This document shows positions 11,379 through 24,800 of a DNA stretch of 64,000 bases, one piece after another. The stretch covers positions 11,348,001 through 11,412,000 of the forward strand of contig CM052818.1 in assembly GCA_028534125.1 (NCBI GenBank), read 5' to 3'. How positions within the stretch are numbered: the first letter of the stretch is position 1; every line of letters starts with the position of its first letter. The stretch comes from Lama glama (taxonomy: Eukaryota). Under the pieces are notes generated by a model, which worked only from the letters and a program-made list of their open reading frames with translations, searched no databases and was not told where the DNA came from. The position numbers were made by a program, and so were the translations under genes.

Positions 11379-14300
11379 TTAAACAGTGCTTACATCTACA
11401 AAGCTATTAACTTACATGACTGTAAACAATCTTACAGTGCTTGGTCTACATTCTTCTGTGGATTAAGATACGCAATCAGATAGTCTTCTGATGACGTCTT
11501 GCTTTTTGAGTTCAAAATCTCAGTGCAGACTGAAGCATCATTCAACCAAGTGACAGTGAACACCCCATGTGGATATACGTTTAAGCACATATGCAGAGTG
11601 CTTGTTTGGGTGAGAGGTTCTGTCTTTACTCCTTTGTTTCCCCACAAGGTGTGCAGTTTGGGATGGAGGTCGACATGCTCAAAGATACTCAGTTATGTTT
11701 TAAGGTCCTTCATTTTAATAAATTTTCACTTAATATTACACTACACTTCTAGGTCTAGGCACTGCAAATGTCCTCACATTCAGCTTCCTTTGCCTTAGTC
11801 CAGTGTTTATGTTTTAGAACCCCTCCTCTCTGCAGATGCACATGGTCCCACTTGCTCTCCAGTAGCTCATCAATGCTTCCACCTTTCCAGGAGGAATTAT
11901 AAATTAGGTGGACAAAATAGGGGGAAACAGAAAGGAAGACTCTAATGAAAATTCAGAGACTCCTCTGAATCCACTTGAGCTTGGATTCTCAGGCAGAAGC
12001 TGTGTGAAAAACAACATTCATCACATCCCTGGTGTTGGACCCACACAATACCTGTGCGCGAGGGGGTGAATTAATTATTTTGCAGGAAGTCAACTATTTT
12101 TCTAGCAGTGGATGCCTCCAATTACTCAGGCTCCAAAGCGCCTGCCCAGCCTGGCCGCCTTAACTCTTCATTTTCTTTCTTTAGGGGGGTTAGAGCCAAC
12201 AATTCAACCTGGCGTTTTTTTCACTAAAGAACATAGTAAATGACAGAGGTCTGGAAGAATATGTTCCCTCCAAAGCTGGTGACCAATTAGTTGCTTGCCA
12301 CTGACTGTCATTTCACTGCTATGAGTGCTGTGTTCTTGCAGCTTGGTGATAGACACACTGTTTATTTTCCACTTTACAGCCTTTGCCAATACTCTGAGTC
12401 CCACACAGCTGCCTTTAATGCTGCTCTTCTAGAAAGCTGGTGACAGGGGAAAAGATAAAAGGTATGTGTGAGTGGCTAAATGGCAACCCCGAGCAGACTT
12501 ATCTAGGGTGCAAAGTAAAGAGAATAGTTATTTTACTACCTCACTTTTTATTTTAATGCTTCCAAATGAAATTGTGGGAAACACCCAGTCCACGAGGTTA
12601 AACGCTGAAAGCCATGAGTGCTGAGTGGCTAAAGAGTTTGTGAGGGTTATTAAGCTGTTGACAATATGAGAATCAGACACATTCACCACTGCTTCCGTAA
12701 TTGTCTTTCGTCTACGAGCAACTTCCCCTCTCCCCCCAACCACCCAACTTTTATGATTCATCATATTTATTTTTTGTTTCCTCAAGCAACATCTTTTATT
12801 AGTTGCACACCCACTGCAGAAATTTAATTTCTGCGCGAGAACAACAAAGCAGTTGATTATTATTATTGAGAATCTGGTACAACATCCAGTGAAATAAAAT
12901 CTATAAGGCATTAAAATGACAGATTAGGCAAGAGCTGTATTCATTTACAAGTGTTAGAACATCATGCTAATGCCTCACAAGCACAACATAAAATGAAAAT
13001 CAACTCTTTCATGCTGCTTTACGGAGGAACTCTGCGAAGCTCCCAGGAACGGAAGCCAGAGTCTCTGTTAAAGAGGCACCGTCCTTTTGTGGTGCGCTCA
13101 CCGGTTCATCCCCCACGAAACCCAAATAAAAACACTCCTCTCAGACGCACAGCCGGAAGCACTCTATGCTTCCCCTTTGGTCAGTCCAAACTAAACACTG
13201 CTAATCCCAGTAAGATTTCAAGCATTCATATGCACCTCGTTGTTTTTTAATGGAGAATAACACTTCGCCTATTAGGCAACCTCCACTTTTTCTATCCTGC
13301 TCAGAAACTACAGAGAAAGCAGAGAAAAGGGCCCCTGCAATCAGCAATTCAGGGTTATTATTCCACACAGTAAAGCCCTGATCATTTATATATACTTTAA
13401 TCACTCAGAGCCTATTAACTCTTATTTTAGACATAATATTTATGCTTTTACATTGCATGTTGTAGCTCAAAGCAGGTAAGAAGAAGCGAATTACAAGAAT
13501 GCTAGAAAATATGAGGCTGCAACTTCTAACAGCTGGAGTAGTTATCCTGATAAAGGAAGAGACACAAAGATATTATAGACAGAATGTCTCAAATAATCCC
13601 CAAGGCCACCAAACCTGAGGGGATCTTTGTAAGAGAGCACAGCAAATAAATTCTGTTGATAATATTGAGCCAAGCCATCCAAAAACTAAATGAGTTTCAT
13701 CTTTCTCTTTACTTCCTGAAAGGGGAGTATGTAACACATTTCATAGACAATTCCATTGAAATATTTAGAACACTAAAAATATAAATGTTTGGAGGCCAAA
13801 ATTTCATATATGTAGAAGAATTTATTTCCTGACAATACTGAATTTTAAAAGATGTGGTTCATATATTTTATATATATGAATGTGTATCTTCGAGGATAAA
13901 TACATGGTACACAGTGTATTTACAAATATATACAGACATGTAATGTACTTTACTGTATATTACTAATTATATGTGAAATAATCCCTACACCAGATAGATA
14001 AACAAACTCCTATCAATGAACTTTAAGAGATTTGTTTCAGATTGATTGAATTGTTAATTCTCAGAAGGCAACATCAGATATCAGAGCTTCCTTTCCTTGA
14101 ACCAGAAATGGAAAAATACTGAAAAGTCTGATTTCTTGGTTCTATCATGGGTGGCATTTAAATAATGAGAAACACTACAGTGACCCTGTTGAACAGCTCC
14201 TCTTAATACAGTAGACAGCAGTGGGTAGTCCAGTGGAGGGTGCTCACATTCTCATCAGTGCAGTCTCCCACACAATTTGTGTGCCACACCCATCCCCCTG

Positions 14301-14589
14301 GTTGCACCCATGAGATACTCTAAGGCTCACGTGTCATCACAACTCCTCGTACACATGTGATACTTCTATCCCTTCTCCTCTGTCCAAGAAAGCATAATGG
14401 AAAATAAGTGAACGAGAATGGAAATCTGACTTGCTATAATTTGTAAAAATGTAGAAAGGTAAGATACAGGCAGACTTTGCTACTGTTGTTATTAATATCA
14501 AATTCCTCTTGACATAACTTGGGCATCATGGTGGGGGAAGAGCTGACAGGGAAGAAGGAGAATGTGACTGGTGGCAGGACACCTGTCTT

Positions 14590-14726
14590 CCAGGCCTAGC
14601 AGTGGGATCCTGGGCAGCTCACTTTCACCTCAAGGGACTGTAGGAGCCTGTAAAGAAGGGACTGTGATAGAGCTCTGGCCTTAGACAGCACACAAGGTGT
14701 TGTGAGAGCTAATTAAGATCATATGA
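14590..14726 (+). mobile_element. MIR fragment split by the L1 insertion; resumes at about 15638-15675
   Basis: gggatcctgggcagctcactt; cacaaggtgttgtgagagctaattaagatcatatga, continuing after the L1 as tataagaagggtaccatataaagtaaggtgg. Confidence 0.55.
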
Positions 14727-15625
14727 ATGAAGACATACAGATGGCCAACAGGCCCATGAAAAGATGCTCAGTACTGCTAATCATCAGAGAAATGCAAATC
14801 CAAACTACAAGGAGGTATCATCTCATACCGGTCAGAATGGCCATCATTCAAAAGTCTACAAATTATAAATGCTGGAGGGTGTGGAGAAAAGGGAACCCTT
14901 CCTACACTGTTAGTGGGAATGTAATTTAGGGCAGCCACTATGGAAAACAGTACGGAGATTCCTTAAAAAACTAAAAACAGAGTTACTATATGATCCAGAA
15001 ATATCACTCCTGGGCATATATCTGGAGAAAACTCTAATTCAAAAAAATACATGTACCCCAATGTTCATAGCAGCACTATTTACAATAGACAAGACATGGA
15101 AGCAACCTAAATACCTATCAACAGATGAATGGATAAAGAAGATGGGGTGTATTTATACAATGGAATACTACTTAGCCATAAAAAAGAATGAAATAATATC
15201 ATTTGCTGCAAGATGTATGAACCTAGAAATTATCATACTAAGTGAAGTAAGTCAGACAGAGAAAGACAAATACTGTATGATATCAGTTATAAGTGGAATC
15301 TAAAAAAATTACACAAATGAACTTCTTACATAACAGAAACAGACTCACAGACATAGAAAACAAACTTATGGCTACCAAAGGGGAAAGGGGAGAGGAGGGA
15401 TAAATTAGGAGTTTTGGATTAGCGGATACAAACTACTATATATAAAATAAACAACAAGGTCCTACTCTATAGAATGGGGGACTATATACAATAGCTTTAA
15501 TAACCTATAATGAAAAAGAATGTAGAAAAGAATATATGTATATATGCATAACTGACTCACTATGCTGGACACCAGAAACTAACACAACATTGTAAATTAA
15601 CTATACTTCAATAAAAAATAAGTAA
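14727..15625 (+). mobile_element. 5'-truncated LINE-1 (ORF2 C-terminal region plus 3' UTR), cetartiodactyl-type
   Basis: ORFs 14723-14929 ([34 protein letters not shown]) and 15061-15303 (MFIAALFTIDKTWKQPK..DEWIKKM..IYTMEYY) are L1 ORF2. Exact 12-bp TSD aagatcatatga at 14715-14726 and 15626-15637. Confidence 0.95.
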
Positions 15626-18509
15626 AAGATCATATGATATAAGAAGGGTACCATATAAAGTAAGGTGGTGTTCATGTCAAACAATGGACCATGATTTCCC
15701 ATAGTCCTCATAACAAATACCATCCCTTACGGCCTGTGACCCCCAGAACTCCAACAAATCCCCTTCACTTTGAAGCAAAGAATGAAACTGGGAATGTCGT
15801 GCACCCATACATAAAGCATCCTTGGAATTAAGGATGCAAAATATCCTACATGATGAAGCAAAGAATGAACTGGCCAAGAATCATGAAAGCATAGATTTTC
15901 AAGCCAGGATACTAGTCTCACAAACACAGGCTCTGGGAAGTGCCTGGAAATGTGAAGGAGCATCGGCATGGGAGGTAGAGACAGACCCAGGCATATGGTT
16001 GCACCTAAAGATTTAATAAGCCGCCATCCCTTGAGGAGGGTAGAAGGGAAAAAGAGAAAGAAAGAATGTGAAAACACACATGAATCTGAGCTCTGGCCTT
16101 CTCCCCACTGACTGGCTGCTAATTTCTTGAACTTCACCCAGGCTGTGTGTCCAACAGACCACATGGTGATTGCTAAATTGCTCAATGACCACAAGCTACA
16201 ACCATGGGGAAAATATTCATGAAAATTAACATCCCATTTAATACTTACCACGTTTCCAGCCAACGCTTTGTGTACCAGAAAGTCCTCGAACTGGCTCCAA
16301 AACTTTTCAATTCCTGACAAATGCACTGGCCTCCCTCCAAGGAGCCGGGCAGCAATCTGTGCTTTATGCTGGTGCGTGGTGGCGGCAGCGCCGCGGGTGG
16401 GAGAGCCAGTGGGTGGAGGCTTTCTTCTCAACGAAGGGAAAATCAGAAGACTGTGGCCTTGGGGACTTGAACTCTTGGCATGGCAGGGGGCAGACCTTAA
16501 ATGCTTTCACTTTTTCCCCCCAAAATGAATGGCCCATAATAAAAACTGGAACTGTGAAATAGTAACAGATACCTAATTAATTTTGTTGTCATTAGAAAAG
16601 AAAATCTACATTTGTTTTTAGAGTATGAGGGCTTCCTTGGGAGCAAAGTTTCTAAAATGCAAGCCCTTTAAGGACTTTCTTAAAAGCAAAAATGACCACA
16701 TTATAAAATGAGTCTTGTCTTCTTCTTATGAGCTTGTTCGTATCCTCTTATTGTTGGCCTTTCCTACATTCCTCACACCGCGTACAGTACTTCAGTCATA
16801 AGTCTATGTCAGTAGCTTCTGACTTTATTCCAGTATATTTACCTTGCTGTGACCCCCGCTCGCAGACGAGTCCCCACCTCCTCCTCCCGCTCAGGTGTAC
16901 TGCTTCCCTCAACTATGCTCAGAAAACATGGTTATCTGCATTTCTCAAATACTTTCAAAATTCCTTTACACGCATATTCTCATGAAAAAGTTGGTTTTCA
17001 GGGAAGCTGAACACACCGAAGATCCATCTGACTCAAGGCCTGATTTTCTTCAGGCTTCCCTATGCTCTCAGAAAGACTAGATTTGCATAAATGATTATTT
17101 GCAATGGCACAAGCACCAAGTGAAGTGTGAGCTGGTGCCTTAACTCTGTTGACATGCTCTCTTGGTCTCAGTTAGGCTCTTTGCACATATGGTGTATTCG
17201 CTCTACATGTTTGATGAAGATGATGATGCAGCTATGACCTGTGTTGAACATCCAACCAATGCAGCAGTAATAATGTCCGTATTTGGGAACTGCGTAGTGT
17301 AACCAGTGTTGAGTATAGAACATTCTAGCCACCCACCCTCCTTTCCCTCAAGAAGAAAACCCATAAAGTGACAGGACTGTAAGAAGCAGGAGGACTTTGT
17401 TTCACTGCTGCTTTTGGAATTAGCAATGGGACCAAGACTGGCTAAGTCATATCCTCATGGGCTCTCACCCAGCAAACAAGATAATTCCCAATAACCCTTT
17501 TATCACTAAATTCCAAGTTTAAGAATCTTTTCATCATTAAAAGAATCTTTCATCAAATCTTCAGAACGTCCAGGTCACTTCACCCCACATGGGCCACTGG
17601 CCAAGAAAACACTGTGGCTTTGTTGGCATGATGTCAATACTGAAAACATCTAAATGGTGAATGTTGAAACATTTGGATGATTGGCTGAGTCTTCTACTTA
17701 AGTTTTTTATCTTTTTTGGGTTGTCAGTGTTTGGATCAGCATTTAGAATGTTGCCAAGAGATTCTTAGTCTCTTTCAGATCCTTGTACCCTCCTTTTTAG
17801 AGATGACTAGGGAAAAAGGATTCTCTAAGTGGCTTCTGTGCAATCCCACAGTGACTGCAGACCTAGGAGCAGGAGGCCCTTGGGAACCTCTGAGCAGCTT
17901 GTGCTCCTTAAAGTGTGGTTCTCCGACACCATTCACGGATGACTCACCAGGCTTCACGCCAGCAGAGCACCATTTTTAAAGGAGGCACAGAAGAGAACCA
18001 TGCTGTTCAGGTAAGGACACCTCAAGCATTCTGAGTATGTGTGACAAGCAACAAAGAGAGTTCTGAAACACTGTCCAAACGTCATCCATTAGAAGCACCA
18101 TCAGATCCACTCTAAACTCCCAGCACTAGTCGTTGTAGACGTTACCCAAATGCTTGATTTGATACGTTTTAGACAAATGAACTCATTTGATGATCTCCAG
18201 GGTAGGACATGCTGTAAGAAATTTCCAGAGAGACACAAAGGGGAGATGAATAAGCAATGGATTGTCATAAGATGTTCTGCTGGAACTAGATTTTTAAGTG
18301 AATATAAGAAGGTGTCCTAGGGACATAAATAATTAAATCAAAGATCAGTCCAGCCCTGGTCAAAGAAAATGCTTGAATCTGTAGCACCTCCCCTTCCCTT
18401 TAATTAAATTTAATGGATTTTAGAATTTGTTACTTATTGAGCTTAAAAGTCATGGGGCCCACTGGTTCAGATTATGTGCAAAGCCAGCTCTTTATCATCT
18501 GCACAGAGA

Positions 18510-18737
18510 GGTGATACAATAGAATGGTTAAGAACTTGCACACTGGACTGGAGACAAAAGGACTCAAGTTCTAATCCTTCCTCCTGCTTCTGTGATGAAA
18601 TTCTTAAGGTCACGGTTTTCTCCACCCATAAAATGGGCTGTCTCCACTGCTTAATACTTAATAAATCTTAAGTGATATAAGCTTTATTAGACATGGTACC
18701 GTGCACATCGAAAATGCTTAATAATTGGTAGCCACTG
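18510..18737 (+). mobile_element. MIR
   Basis: agaatggttaagaac..aagttctaatcct..ccataaaatggg..aaaatgcttaataattggtagc. Confidence 0.7.
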
Positions 18738-19789
18738 AAATTATTATTACTCTCGGAATGCCTTCCTCTTTCTAGGAAAGTGCCTGAAATCATCTCAGTG
18801 GGAGATGGCTCTTTATGACATCCAGTTAGTGGATCTTTTTGGTTATGCAGAAGTAGATTCCTGATCAAAGTGTATCCTGGGAAAACAGTATTCAACTGCT
18901 CTGCAGGACAGCTTTACAGAAATTTTCAGTTTTCCTCTGATGGGCTGAGAGGATAAGGGTGAAGAGGGAAGGCTGGAAATCTGAGGGGAGAATGGAAGCA
19001 GTGAAAGGATTACAGTAGGAAGAGCGTTTAATAGCCCGAGGCTGAGCCCTCGGGAAGACCAGGGCCAGGTGGTCAGGCCCTGCAATGAGGCTGTTCAAGG
19101 ACCTGTAAGAGCAGAGATGTCACACAGTGAATTTAAAGTTGTTTTCTATTCTATGCTGTATTCCCTGTCTACTATTGGAAACCACTGATAAATGCATATT
19201 TTATGTGTAATAACTCATTTTTTGTGGTGCTTGAGGGAATGGAGACAGTGCTTGTAAGTGCAGCTGACGTTGTGGAGAGAGTTCAGACAAAGCAAGAACT
19301 CAGTTAGAGGTGCCTGGGAGAGCAGAGCTTTTCCCGTTCCCTCTCCAAATCTCTGGAAACTTTGGGAAGATCTAAATAATGAAGGTTAAAGCCACTTTAT
19401 TTTTATCTTAAAAGAGTGACACAGGGACACGGGAAGTTATTTGTGGATCTCCAAGTTATGTGTCAGGACGAGGGTAGGAGGAGGTGTTGCAGGAGAAATC
19501 TCTCACTCATTGTACAGTTTACTGTATAAGATGTCCTGATAGCAGGGTGTGTGGGAGCCATGGATAAAAGGTCTCAGAAAGGTTCAAGTTCTTAGGAAAG
19601 AGGAGGGAAAAAATTAGGCAGAAGGGAAAGGATCCTGAGAATTTCCTAAACAAGGCTGGAGCCAATGCACAGCAGACTCCAATTGTAATATGGCTAAGTA
19701 TCTCAACCATCTCCTGCTGATAAATGCATTTCTTTGCAGAAGAGCTGTGACCCACCTACCGTACCTTCAGAACTCTGCCATGTCAGAGC

Positions 19790-19999
19790 TGAGAGTGGAG
19801 AGGGTGCAGGCATTTAGAGGTGACAGACCTGGACCTGAACCTGGCTCTGTCACTTGCTGGCTATGTAAACTTGGACACACAGTGAACCCTCCAGACCTCA
19901 GTTTGCCTAATGTAAAATGGGATGAATATTCCCCACAATGTAGTTGTGGGCGGTCCAGTGAGATCTGGCACAAAGCTTGTGCTTAATGAACATTAGCTG
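19790..19999 (+). mobile_element. MIR
   Basis: cagacctggacctgaacctggctctgtcacttgctggctatgt; cctcagtttgcctaatgtaaaatggga; gcttaatgaacattagct. Confidence 0.85.
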
Positions 20000-21374
20000 G
20001 GATGATTTTTCCACAAATGCGATTCTAGCCTGCCCAATGCACAGAGCCTTGTACGAGCTGCTCTAGAAATGGTCCAAATGAGAATATGTCCTTGGCCTTC
20101 AGTCAGCTTGAGTGAGCTAGTGATCAAAACCCATCCACCAACCCCAGGGGCTTAGAGGAACGGAAATTTACCCTGTGCCCCCATGCGAAAGCTTCTCTTT
20201 GCTTTCCTTTGCTTTGGCTTTCCTCGCTTTTTAATTTTTTTCTTAACAGTTCTTTATAGTTTGAGAAAAGCTACCTAACAGCACGGTTTGTGATATAATT
20301 TTTTAAATACACAAAATATTTATCATATGAAAGAGCCAGGAACTTTAATCTGGAAAAATAAGTGAAGTGCAAAGGGGAAAAAGTGGTTCAGGACACACAA
20401 TATTTAAAATAAAACTCAGAAATGGCTGTGTAGGAGGGCTTTTCTTGCAACATCATTTTATTTAGTAATTCCTTGAGAAGATTAATGATATGAACTAGTA
20501 GAAATGTTAGCACCTTTTTTTGACACTTTCCCATGCATGCTCAGAAAATGTGAGCTGTCAGAGCTGGATATCACAATGGGGACCTGCTGTGAAGGGTCAG
20601 GCTCCAAATGTGCCTGCTGGAGGAGAATGTGTCCCCTTGGTGTCCCAGACTCCGCCAATTGCCGCTCACACACAACAGGGGCCCCAAGATGGTCTTTGAG
20701 GAGGGTGAGGACCAGTGAGCAGAAAGGGTCATACTGGCCACTTGCAATACAGTTACAGATGCTGGCAGACCTCAGCTCGGGCCAGGAGGAGGGGGAACAA
20801 ATTTCCTGGTCTCATTACATTGGCTTATGGCCCCCAAATCACTCTTCCCAGCATGGTGGCAGTGACTTTCTGGAACTTTAATCTGGGCCAGAGCTTGTGA
20901 GGAAAAAGAGTGACCATGGCACAGTAAGAATCCTAAAGGCCACAGACCCATCCCAGGCCACAGAGGAATTTGGCAAATGCCGGCTCCCTGGGGCTCCAAC
21001 GATGTGCTGAGACCCCCAAGCACGGAAGCCAGACCTGGCTCTGCCATGGAAACGCTGCAGCTTAACCTGTGTAACAGGACAAGAGTGTTGCTGTTTCAGT
21101 GATCGTTACAGCAACGATTATATTCCCTCTGACTAATGGTGCCCGATTTTTGTCTGATGTTTTTTGGAGAATGTCTACATTAAAGTAGGATAAGCTCAAG
21201 CCAGAGCCTCTCACGCTGCAACCGGCTCCGGTGATGCTGTCACACACCATTACTGCACCGAAGCGTTCATCAGCTCCCCGTGACGGTCCCAGGGTTAGGT
21301 CGGGCCACATGAGGTTGCCGTTTTTATAGATCTCCTATGGTCAAACACTGGCAACTTCATAGGCTCATTTAATA

Positions 21375-21526
21375 TTTGCTTGGTGGTGTTTCCCTCTCAC
21401 CTTAAAACATAAGCTGTGTGCCAGTAGGGTTTTCACTATCTGCACTGTTGTGTCCCTGGAGCTTAGAACAGCGTGGACACATAGTGGGCACTCAACAGCA
21501 TTTACTGAATAAATGAGTAAATGAAT
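21375..21526 (+). mobile_element. L2 3' end
   Basis: cactgttgtgtccctggagcttagaacag..cacatagtgggcactcaac..tgaataaatgagtaaatgaat tail. Confidence 0.8.
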
Positions 21527-21845
21527 TCCGCTTAATGAAAGTCTTTTATGTGCCAGGCACTGTGCTAAGAGAGGGATAAAATTATGAAATAAAACTCTCG
21601 AAGAGCTTTGAGTTCTCTTAGGAGAAAGAGACTTAAATCAGCAGTTACAAAATAGTGAGTAAGTGTGTGACAAAGTGGGGAGGCCACAAGCAGAGCCTGG
21701 AGGTGGGAAGCCAGCCTGGATGTGGCTGGGGATGGGGGCAGAGGAGACAAAAGAAGGCTGAAGCGTGGGTTCTCGGGCAAAAATGACACCCCTGTTGACA
21801 TCTGAAGAGCAAATGAGAATTAGGCAGATGAAAAGAGAACTAGTA
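21527..21845 (-). mobile_element. L2 3' fragment, opposite orientation
   Basis: tatgtgccaggcactgtgctaag..gagttctcttaggagaaagagac..gacatctgaagagcaaatgagaattaggcagatgaa. Confidence 0.7.
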
Positions 21846-24800
21846 AAATTTGGAAAAACAGAGCCAGGTTTCTGATGTCAGACACGTTCACATACAGCTT
21901 CACCAATCACAGAAAAACAGGCCTTCACTGTTCCCCACGAAGTTGACCGAATCTGCTAACACAAGCCTTTTAGTTGTTGCTATCTGGGTAGATTATTTGG
22001 ACCTTCAATCTCTGCAAAAACAGAATAAATCAAAGCCATGGGACACACGCAAGACTAACTGGATAGACAGGCAGAAGGATTCTTAGTGATGCCAACAAGG
22101 GCCAGGGTGCTGTCCTAGGAAGCAGCATGCTTTTTCTTTTGGCTTCTTGTTCATCTTGCATCTACCTGGAATAGGAACTAGTGTTTGACCTGTCGTGGCT
22201 CTGTTTGCTATCTTTACATTTCATGCCTCTTCTCTGCCTGTTTCTCTCATTCCAAATACTTAAGGAATTACGGAGATCGAGTTCCGTGAGAAAAATCATC
22301 ATCGCTACTGACAGCATCTGCTCTACCCAGGGCATTCACTAGGTGGAATCCCATCTGAGGGTGGGGGAGTTTACGGTCTCTCGTGGACCACACAGCTGAC
22401 ATGGCCGAGAAATAGAAGATAGGATTTCAGGCTCCATCGCTGGGAAGAGAACACAGACCTGCAGGTCTTAAGGTGACACAAAGAGGACCCTCTAAAGGGT
22501 GACACAAAAACAGAAAGTCATGGAAGAATGAAGCAGTTGGCCATGAACCCCTCAAAGACAGATTCTTTCTCCCCAGAGTTCAGTTTTTGCTTCTCCCCTT
22601 CCCTCCCTCTTCCGGGTAGTCTTGGGGAAAGACTGCATCATCTCTGGTTTCAAATCCTCAAGCTGTTTCCTCACCACAGCTAACCCAGCCGGGCCAGGAA
22701 AAGAGCTCCTGTCCTCACAACCTCGCCTGGCTTCCAAGCCGGTCCTTGCCTGGAATGGGATCGAAACAGTAGAAAAAGCAGCTTCTTCACGGAACAGCTT
22801 CGGCCCTGATTCTGCCTTTGGGAATGGAACGCCACAAATTGTGGTGCTTCTATTGTATGAGCAATTCAATGGGCATTTCATTTCCAGTAGAAATCCAAAC
22901 CAGTTAAAGTCAGCCTGTACACGCTGCCTTGCTGAGAAACAGCAGCTTGCATTCAAATGACAATTATATTGTTTTGCCATGTCAGAAGCAAAGGTTAAAA
23001 TCATATCTTGGCTGGACATTGTTTCTACAATATTGGCCCTCTGCAAAGCTGCCGTGCAGATGAGCCCAGAAACGATGTGAAATATTTCTAACACAAATTT
23101 TATTTTTATGTGAAACTATTCAAATGCTGCTGTACAACATGAACTACCTGAACCAAATCCAATCCTCAGGTCAATTCCTGCTTCCGAGTGCTCCTTAGAT
23201 AACAAAGTCTTGTTCTGCGAATCTGTTCAATATATTAAAGTTGATTCACTCGGACAGTGTGTAAGATATAATACATTAATCTGGGCCATTTCAATTTCTG
23301 AGGCTGGGACTATAAAACTGGTGTGCTGCATATCTAATTTTTTTTGAATACCTGATTTATGCATTCCTCTGATGCTGAGTGTCGATGGTATGGCGGCTGC
23401 GGCTGCTACATTAAGGACGGGCTGCATCAGCACTCAAATCTTATCTTGTTAAATCAGACAAATGTAGCTCAATGAAAAGGAAGGAATAAATGCCTGGGAC
23501 GGTTGAAAGGACTGAATTTTAATCCTGTTTGTTAGGGGACTTTCATGTTTTGTACTGGATGACGAAGGTCGGGGGTCCCCCTGAGACTTTGGGTACCATG
23601 ATTTATATTCATATGTGACACATATAATGTACATGGAGCACATATATGAAAATACACACCTAAAGCAAATTGACACATGCCCTGACAGCAGGTACAGGGC
23701 CACAAGATGCAGTGCCTATATTTTACAGATGCTGTAAAATCTCTATGAGATAGACAATTTGTAAAAATGGGACCCTTTTTAATATTTCCATTACAAGTAT
23801 AAAAACTGCTCCTTTGTGCACAATTCTCTATATTTTTTCATCAAAAAGAAGTTACCATGAAGGCTAAAGGCCAGGGGGATGGAATAGCTTATCATAATCG
23901 TTATAAATACAATGTTTTCAGGAGCTTTTGTGGCACACTCAATACTGCTACCATTCGATAGACAGATAATATTAATTTCCATTGAAAGGAACTGTCCCTG
24001 TGTTTGCACAATCAACAACAGCTTTAGAAATTATCTTTGTGGCATGCAGGAGAAAAGTTTCATCCATGCATTCAGCACAAATGGCCAAGGCATTTGTAAT
24101 AAATGAAATAGACTTCAGAAAGAAATTCCTAGGGAGGATCCTATACTACTAAACTCTAGTTTAAATCTCTTTCTCTTAAAATATCCATGTAGTCCATCTT
24201 CAGAGAATCCAGGGAAGCCAATCAAAGTCCTTTATTTACCCAAGATAATCTGTTTGGAAAGACGGGAGTAGCATGGTACAGTTGTACAAAAGCATTGCCC
24301 ATTGAGATGCAAGCATCACAGAATAGAACAAGTACAGAAAAGGCTAAGCTGGAGCTAGAATGATTTAATTGGCTCAGGGATGAACTTGCCTGCTCAGTGA
24401 CACTTTGGGAATGTATTAGTTGAGCGTAAGTCAGTTGTGCTTCCACGGGCTTCTCCCCTTCCTTAGTGTTTCGTTATAGAAGGTGCACGCATGGAAGGTT
24501 GGTGAGGAGAGGAGCCCTTGTAAATGACAGATGTACTCGCACCCCCCCTTCCCTGTGTGTGTTAGAATTCTAAGGTTGCGGTCCCCGATCTGCAGCATGT
24601 CAGTCCTGGGGTCAGAGCTGTGATGGGTACATATTATGTACCACAGATGGTTAGCACCTATAACCAAATGGACTGGGACAAAGCTTTCATGCAGGTTTTA
24701 AAAACTCAGAATGTCCTTGCTGGGGATCAGAGAGAGTTTCTTGCCAAATCTAGTCATTTTTCAGAAGAAGATATTAAGGCCAAGAGTGAAAAAAGCCTTG

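Noticed and set aside
12493..12504. 12-mer gcagacttatct recurring at about 40526
   Set aside because: Many 12-mer matches are expected by chance within 64 kb.
14723..15303. L1 ORF2 peptides as functional CDS (also 10267-10641, 1893-2102)
   Set aside because: 5'-truncated retrotransposon remnants broken by stops and frameshifts.
15727..16431. 234-aa ORF (longest in the window) as a protein-coding gene
   Set aside because: Non-ATG start, no recognisable domain and low-complexity F/S/L stretches. Only its 5' part is kept as an exon candidate.
22472..22508. Direct repeat ggtgacacaaa, two copies
   Set aside because: Only two short copies, with no array or element structure.
22552..23094. 180-aa minus-strand ORF
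   Set aside because: No recognisable homology or convincing splice context. An ORF of this length can arise by chance in 64 kb over six frames.
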